From contig OY969767.1 of NCBI GenBank assembly GCA_963702895.1, forward strand, positions 32,001 to 96,000: a DNA stretch of 64,000 bases. Reading direction: 5' to 3'. The position numbers and the translations under genes were made by a program. Each line of letters starts with the position of its first letter. The stretch's first letter is position 1. Positions 58,307 to 64,000 of this stretch are shown one piece after another. The stretch is from an uncultured Elusimicrobia bacterium. GTDB lineage: Bacteria > Elusimicrobiota > Elusimicrobia > 2-01-FULL-59-12. The notes under the pieces were generated by a model. That model was not told where the DNA came from. It saw only the letters and a program-made list of their open reading frames with translations, and ran no database searches.

Positions 58307-58485
58307 TTTCTCGAGTCTTTGTAGACTCTAGAAGAAGACACCGACAAGAATGGAATAAGTCTAACTTTCGCCAAGGTGAAAACCATACCCCGGTAAAGAC
58401 CCCATTCTTTCGTGATCCAAAGCTAGATAGAAGTGATGTCATAAAAACCCTTAATAGGCAAAGCTCGCATCACGAATGTCGGCAC
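58307..58485 (+). ncRNA. Predicted IS110 bridge RNA
   Basis: 5' hairpin GAGTCT/AGACTC; closing stem CCGACA/TGTCGG; target loop with CTTTCGCC and ACCCCGG; donor loop with ATAGAAGT and TAATAGG. Confidence 0.85.
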
Positions 58486-58502
58486 TTACAAAAAGGAGCC
58501 TT

Positions 58503-59528
58503 ATGAACCCACCTCTCCATTACATAGGCGTTGATATCGCCGATCAAACCTTCAGCGCAACACATTACAGCTCAGCCGAACAAAAGTATTCCAAACATCA
58601 GACGCTCGCCAATACACCCGCCGGCTTTGAGGAATTCGAAGCCTGGTTTAAGAAACGCGGAGTCGATTCCACCAATACCGTGGTCTGCATGGAAGCCACC
58701 GGTGTTTATGCGGAGCAGCTCTGCTACTGGCTCTGTGCCAAAGGCTATCCGGTGTCGGTGGAGGCGCCGCATAAAACCAAACGCGCCTTTCACCCCCTGG
58801 GAGCCAAAAGCGACCCCATCGATAGCCGCCAGCTCGCCGAATATGCCTGGCGCTTTTTCGATCAACTCGCGTTCTGGAAACCCTCGGAAGCCTTGATCGA
58901 ACAAGTCCGTGTTCTTCTGACGACGCGCGAGCAGCTGACCGGCCAGATGACCGCCAATCAAAATGCCTTGTCGGCCATCAGCCGGAAAGTCGTTCGCACG
59001 ATCCTCGCCGAACAAAGCTTCCTGGACACCATCCGCCATCTCAAAGAACAGATCAAAAAAATCGATCAGGCCTTGGATCAACTGATCTCAAACCACCCCA
59101 CCATTGGCCCCATGGTGAGCTTGCTGCTCACCATCCCTGGGGTGGGCCGACTCTTGACGGCCCATTTGATGGTCATCAGCCAAGGCTTTACGCGATCCCT
59201 GGAACCCCGCCGCATCGCCTCGTATTTGGGCATGTGCCCACTCGAACACTCCAGCGGAACTTCCGTGCGCAAGAATGCAAGCTCTCGCGGGATCGGTCCG
59301 GACATCATCCGCAAGCTATTGCACCTGGCAGCCCGATCCCTTCGCACACATCATCAGCAGTTCAGGCACTACTTTGAAAGAAAAGTACAAGCCGGAAAAG
59401 CCAAACGCTTGGCGCTCAACAACATTGCCAACAAACTCTTGCGCATTATCTGTGCCGTACTGCGCACAAAGTCACCGTATCTTGCTGACTATAGGTCAGT
59501 CAATCCTCGGATCCTAAAAAATGCTTGA
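58503..59528 (+). CDS. IS110 DEDD (RuvC-like) recombinase/transposase
   Basis: AAGGAG RBS; YIGVDIA, CMEATGVY, KSDPIDS, IPGVG and EHSSG motifs. Confidence 0.96.
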   Translation: MNPPLHYIGVDIADQTFSATHYSSAEQKYSKHQTLANTPAGFEEFEAWFKKRGVDSTNTVVCMEATGVYAEQLCYWLCAKGYPVSVEAPHKTKRAFHPLGAKSDPIDSRQLAEYAWRFFDQLAFWKPSEALIEQVRVLLTTREQLTGQMTANQNALSAISRKVVRTILAEQSFLDTIRHLKEQIKKIDQALDQLISNHPTIGPMVSLLLTIPGVGRLLTAHLMVISQGFTRSLEPRRIASYLGMCPLEHSSGTSVRKNASSRGIGPDIIRKLLHLAARSLRTHHQQFRHYFERKVQAGKAKRLALNNIANKLLRIICAVLRTKSPYLADYRSVNPRILKNA

Positions 59529-59687
59529 CCGAGGTCATAGAAATCGGGGTGACGGCACAAAAAAGTGCATCGAGTTCAGACGATGAGGCAAAATGAACCG
59601 AAGATCTCCGGTTAGCTTCGGCCGCAGCAGGGGGCACTCATGAGGAGTCTCTTAGGCGCTGATTTTATCTACAAATAAAGTCAAAAT

Positions 59688-61075
59688 GAGTTCTTGTCAA
59701 ATGTACTGGAAATAGGGCAACGCCCCTTTCGTTGAATGTCTCTTAGGCCGCGACCTCCAGCTTCTCTCTTTCCACAAATAGTACTTCAACCAATTCCGGC
59801 TTTGCGATCGGCTTCCAGAACTGCGCTAAACGCTCAATGACCTTGTAGACGAATGCCACGCCTGTTCGGGATTTCTGGAACCGGCGCACGACTCGCGTCC
59901 GCAACCGCACTCCCGCGAAGACCGACTCAATCGGATTGCTCGTCTTCAAATGGACCCAGTGCTCCTTCGGAAAGTCGAAGTACCTCAGCAACGTGTCATG
60001 ATCCTTGCGCACACAAGCCGCAGCCTTCGGATAGCGAATTTCAAGATCCTCAGCCAACAAGGCCAACTGGTTCTCCGCGTCTTCGCGGCGCTCCGCCTGA
60101 TAGGCCACCCGCAGGCGATTGAGGACTTCATCCTGCTTAGCCTTCGGCACTTTATCCACGACGTTGCGCATCTTGTGCTTCCAACACCGTTGATCCTTCG
60201 CCGAGGGATACACCTCTGCCACCGCCTCCCAGAGCCCTCCGATCCCGTCGCCGATGACCAACAGCGGAGCAGGCATACCGCGCTCCGCGACCCCTCTCCA
60301 GATTTCCTTCCAGGAATCCCGGCTCTCCCGGTAGCCTTCCATCAGCGCGATCAGTTCCTTCTGGCCTTTCGCGTTGACGCCCACCAGAACCAGAAGCGCT
60401 GTGTTCTCTTTTTCCAGCCCCGCTTTTAAATACACGCCGTCTGCCCAGACATAGGCGTAACGCGTCTCCGATAGGTCCCGGCGACTGAACGTAGCCAGGT
60501 CCGACTGAAACTTCGCCGATAGACGCAGGATCGTGCTGGCTGATAAGGTGGCTCCATCCCCGATCAGTGCTCGCAACGCCGGCTCAAAGTCCCGACTCGA
60601 GAGTCCCTCCAGGTACAGCCGCCGGAATAACTCCTCGACCCCTTCCGTCCGCCGCTGGTAGGGCCGCAAGATGCTCGACTCAAACTCGCCTCCGTCCACC
60701 TGGGGCACCGATAGCTTCAGCCCCGCCCCCAACACCGTCACCTTCCGCTCCCGCGTTCCGTTCCGATAGCCTTTCTCCAGATTCTTCGCCCGTTCATAGC
60801 GCCGACGCTCTAAATACATCGTCACTTCTTCTTCCAGGGCCTCCACCAGCATCTTGCGCGCTCCTTCACGGGCCAGATAATCCACCATGCTCTCGCCTTT
60901 GTGCTGAGTCCCTTTCTCGTTTACAATGGTTTCCATAACGGCGTCTCCTTTTCGTTTATTGTCCGCTCGAACGGACAGGTTTGTGTGTTTCAACGAAAGG
61001 GTACGCCGTTTCTATTTCCTAAGGCAAATCCTTCCTTGCCTTAAAACCTATTTCCAGCACTTTTGATGGTAACTC
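59688..61075 (-). mobile_element. IS256-family element
   Basis: Imperfect 29-bp TIRs (GAGTTCTTGTCAAATGTACTGGAAATAGG vs GAGTTACCATCAAAAGTGCTGGAAATAGG) and 8-bp TSD GTCAAAAT at 59680-59687 and 61076-61083. Confidence 0.93.
59743..60936 (-). CDS. IS256 (Mutator-type) DDE transposase
   Basis: YRNG, YVWADGVY, IGDG, QRCWKHK and TSNPIES motifs. Likely start METIV at 60936. Confidence 0.95.
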   Translation of the reverse strand: METIVNEKGTQHKGESMVDYLAREGARKMLVEALEEEVTMYLERRRYERAKNLEKGYRNGTRERKVTVLGAGLKLSVPQVDGGEFESSILRPYQRRTEGVEELFRRLYLEGLSSRDFEPALRALIGDGATLSASTILRLSAKFQSDLATFSRRDLSETRYAYVWADGVYLKAGLEKENTALLVLVGVNAKGQKELIALMEGYRESRDSWKEIWRGVAERGMPAPLLVIGDGIGGLWEAVAEVYPSAKDQRCWKHKMRNVVDKVPKAKQDEVLNRLRVAYQAERREDAENQLALLAEDLEIRYPKAAACVRKDHDTLLRYFDFPKEHWVHLKTSNPIESVFAGVRLRTRVVRRFQKSRTGVAFVYKVIERLAQFWKPIAKPELVEVLFVEREKLEVAA

Positions 61076-61225
61076 GTCAAAATCGATGCATAAGACCTAG
61101 TTCCTTATGGGCCCTTTAGGACAAGAAAATTAGCCCTCCGATCTATTTAAGCTCAGGTTCAAATCCCGCATAATTTACTATCGGTTCGGTCGCCAGACGC
61201 CTGGCGACCGCGCACGGAATTCATC

Positions 61226-64000
61226 ATGAACAAACGCCTCAAGCGTCTCATCGCGCTCCTCCTTGTTTTCTGCCTCGTCGCGGATCCCGCCACGGCCGCC
61301 GCCTGGGGAGCTTTCGCGACGCGCCGGCCGGCGCCCGCCGCCGCGCCAAGCCTGTTTGCCGAACAGGCCCTGACTGCATACTTAACCCAGCACCGGAGGC
61401 CCTCCTTCGGCGAATCCGCTCACCGTATTGATAAAGAAACGGGCCAGGCTCGTGATCCTTTACAAACAAAACCTGATTCCGCATCGAGCGCCCCGCTGGC
61501 GCGCTCCTTCCGCGGATCTGTTCGCACGACTGCATTATTGGTTTTGGCGCTGGCCGTAGGCGCCCTGACCAGCCCGGCGGAAGCCAATCCCATAATCGCG
61601 GCGATGAATCCTCCGGCGATTGCCGGCGCGATTGCCGCCGGGGCAGCGCAGAGCGGCCTCGGGACGATCGTTGTCCCCATGGCCCAGGCGCTCCAGGCCC
61701 AGGAGTCCCCGCTCGCCCCGCAGGCAGTCCAGGAACGAATCAAGACGCTGGCTGAGCAACTCCTCACCCATCCGGAAGCCCGGATGCGGATCGCGGCCGC
61801 TCGAGAGCTGGGCCGGATTTCCGACCCGGCGGCGATCGACAGCCTGATCCAAGGCATCAGCGACCCCGAGGGAAGGCGGCAATACAGCACGCACCTGGAA
61901 TTTGGGGTGAAGGTGGTAAAAGGTGGGCGTGATGCCGGGGTCGTGTCCTGGGCGATGGAAGGCCTCATCAAAATAGGAGATCCAGCAGCAGATGCTGTTT
62001 TGGGGGAGCTGAACCAGCAGCTCGCAGATCCGACCCCCTCGTTGGTCGGCCTTCACAATATAGCCGTGATTTTGGGAGAGGTCGGGCGGCCAAACGCCAT
62101 CCCCTCCCTTCAAACACTCCTCCAATTTGAAGATCCCGAACTGAGTTCGGTGGCCACGAAAGCCATCGACATGATTCAAGCTCGCGCCTTGCCGAAGGCC
62201 CTGTCATGGATTGTCTGGTTGGCCACCCTGGGACTCTTCCCCACGATTCTCATGGCGGCCTCACGACGTTCACGCATGCCTAAAACGAAAACGATGTCCC
62301 CGCCAGCGAAGAAAGAAAACCGACCCAAAGATCTTGGCCAGCTCGGAAGGGAAAAACTGGAGAGACTGAATTCCGCGACGCTCTTCGATCTGGTGCTGCT
62401 GCAACTGCATCCCACAGTGGCGAAGAAGATTCTTACCGCAAAGGGACATAAACCCTTTAAAGATTTGCAGGATTTAAGCTCTCGGCTGCAGGGTCAAGGT
62501 CTGAACAGGGCTGAAATCAGTTCGATTGTCGTGCTTCTGCAACAAAGCGAAATACCCATAGCGCACACAGCGGTTCTAGACTACGTGCGCGACAAAAGCG
62601 TCAATTTCTCCGAAACAGCGGTATTGCTATTGTTGGAGGGCGTTAAAGCCACGCCTGACGACCTTCTTCTTATGGCGCGCGCCATCGCGCAGGCGATCCA
62701 AGAAGAGAAAACAGTGGACGAAATCTTGGAGCTCCCGGAGCTGCAAGCCAAGGGAAGCGCTTTCCGGTTTGCCCGGAATCTTGAGTGGAAGGCCCGGCGC
62801 TTCTTGGACCAGTTTCGATTTGACCTCCACATGGCACTTGCGCGTTACAACCTTACAGCAGAAGACTTCGACGTTGCCGCGGGTTATGCCGCTGAGGCTC
62901 GTGACGCGGCGCGCTTCTTTGATTTACAAGACCCAGATAATCAAAAAAGAATCAAGGATCTTGAGCAACTGATGGGGGACATCGACTCTGCTCGGTTCCT
63001 GCATCGGCCTAGCGCTAACCCCATTGGCCAGACTATGGGCTCCGGCCCGCGCCGGGGCGTGAGGGGTGGAACCGAGGCCATCGAACCGAAGGTCATCGAT
63101 TATCTTGAGCGGCAAACAAGACTTTCCAGGGATAAGGTTCAACAAGTTCTGGGAGAACTCAAAGTTTCCAAGGCTAATCAGTATGGGGTCTGGCTTCGAC
63201 AAATCTACGACCTTTCGCGATCAAATGGGGGTATGCCGCTGAGCCGTATGCCCCGCGACAATGGCCTGATTGCCGCCCTTCGCGCGCTCCAGGACAAAAA
63301 GACGAGTTCGCCCTCTCCGAGCGCGCCTCGTGACGTTCAGAAGGAGCGGCGGATGATCCTCGCCGAAATCCAGGCACTCCTCAAGAAAATTCCAGCGCCC
63401 CCCGGGGAGACACGGCCCGTCATCACCGACCAACAACTCGCGCACGCCCTCGATAATCGCATTGATTTGTCCAACACCCTTCAAGTCGTCAGTATTCCCC
63501 GATCGGTAAAACGCGAAATCGGCCCTCTGCTGGAGAGACTCGAAAAGAGGTGGCCCACAATACTGTCTCCGGCAGAGTTCGCCTCCCTCACTCCCCACGA
63601 CCACCTGGCGAGAGCCCGGCAGATGTCGGGGGCGAAAAGATATGGCGAAGCAATTGCCGCTTACCAACAGGTTTTGAAGGAAGCGCCCCGCTATGACTTT
63701 GAAATCAGACACATTGCCATGCTGGAATTGGCGAACGCTTATCGTTTATCGGAGGACTATGACGCCGCCCTGGCGGTGCTGGCACAATTGCTCGAGGCTC
63801 TTCATGGGCGGACCGTGAACCCTCTAGAACCTTTGGTTAATGACAGGTTCGAGCATGACGCGCTTTACCTCCAGGCGGAGTGTGAAGCTGCCCTGGGTCA
63901 CGTCGATCTGGCGATCCATGATTACCTGCAATCCCTCAAGCTCCTGGAGAATCGCCGGAAAGCAATCGCGGGATCAACGTCTCTCCGGGACGATCCAAAA
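61226..64000 (+). CDS. Large exported/membrane protein with HEAT, helix-hairpin-helix-like and TPR regions, 3' end outside window (>=925 aa)
   Basis: Begins MNKRLKRLIALLLVFCLVADPATA; contains RIAAARELGRISDPAAIDSL (HEAT), LNSATLFDLVLLQLHPTVAKKILTAKGHKPFKDLQDL (ComEA-HhH-like) and YGEAIAAYQQVL (TPR). The frame reads to the window end and is missing from the ORF track for lack of a stop. Confidence 0.85.
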   Translation, partial: MNKRLKRLIALLLVFCLVADPATAAAWGAFATRRPAPAAAPSLFAEQALTAYLTQHRRPSFGESAHRIDKETGQARDPLQTKPDSASSAPLARSFRGSVRTTALLVLALAVGALTSPAEANPIIAAMNPPAIAGAIAAGAAQSGLGTIVVPMAQALQAQESPLAPQAVQERIKTLAEQLLTHPEARMRIAAARELGRISDPAAIDSLIQGISDPEGRRQYSTHLEFGVKVVKGGRDAGVVSWAMEGLIKIGDPAADAVLGELNQQLADPTPSLVGLHNIAVILGEVGRPNAIPSLQTLLQFEDPELSSVATKAIDMIQARALPKALSWIVWLATLGLFPTILMAASRRSRMPKTKTMSPPAKKENRPKDLGQLGREKLERLNSATLFDLVLLQLHPTVAKKILTAKGHKPFKDLQDLSSRLQGQGLNRAEISSIVVLLQQSEIPIAHTAVLDYVRDKSVNFSETAVLLLLEGVKATPDDLLLMARAIAQAIQEEKTVDEILELPELQAKGSAFRFARNLEWKARRFLDQFRFDLHMALARYNLTAEDFDVAAGYAAEARDAARFFDLQDPDNQKRIKDLEQLMGDIDSARFLHRPSANPIGQTMGSGPRRGVRGGTEAIEPKVIDYLERQTRLSRDKVQQVLGELKVSKANQYGVWLRQIYDLSRSNGGMPLSRMPRDNGLIAALRALQDKKTSSPSPSAPRDVQKERRMILAEIQALLKKIPAPPGETRPVITDQQLAHALDNRIDLSNTLQVVSIPRSVKREIGPLLERLEKRWPTILSPAEFASLTPHDHLARARQMSGAKRYGEAIAAYQQVLKEAPRYDFEIRHIAMLELANAYRLSEDYDAALAVLAQLLEALHGRTVNPLEPLVNDRFEHDALYLQAECEAALGHVDLAIHDYLQSLKLLENRRKAIAGSTSLRDDPK

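Larger units (their letters stand above)
58298..59545 (+). mobile_element. IS110-family element inserted in a REP-like palindrome
   Basis: Joining the flanks restores GGCTTTCGCC|GGGGTGACGGC, identical to the intact copy at 50774-50794. No TIRs or TSD, as expected for IS110. Confidence 0.93.

Noticed and set aside
61151..61170. GGTTCAAATCCC resembling a tRNA T-loop
   Set aside because: No acceptor stem, D-arm or anticodon arm around it.

Overview
GC-rich bacterial chromosomal window. Protein style suggests Elusimicrobiota or a similar giant-gene lineage (inference only). Positions 1-40663 are one minus-strand reading frame that the ORF track misses because its stop lies outside the window. 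It encodes >=13,554 codons: a Sec signal peptide, Trp-rich propeller-like repeats, two long arrays of Ig-like repeats with recent 1875-bp tandem duplications, then DxNxNG-type repeats. Upstream lie a translationally coupled HEAT-repeat gene, a small secreted-protein gene and a sigma70 promoter whose leader carries an expanded c-di-GMP-I (GEMM)-like riboswitch. Next comes a housekeeping block: ABC-2 transporter, hemC, hemA, ccsA/hemX-like, REC-HD-GYP, ald, a tautomerase, mnmE, yidC, yidD, rnpA and rpmH. It is followed by a 21-bp tandem array with an internal orientation flip where dnaA often sits, a rubrerythrin-VIT1 gene, a TPR gene, an IS110, an IS256 and the 5' part of another large secreted HEAT/HhH/TPR protein. 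A REP-like palindrome family lies in intergenic DNA and in frame inside hemC and mnmE. One copy is split by the IS110, whose left end contains a readable bridge-RNA-like fold with guides matching that palindrome and the IS end junction.
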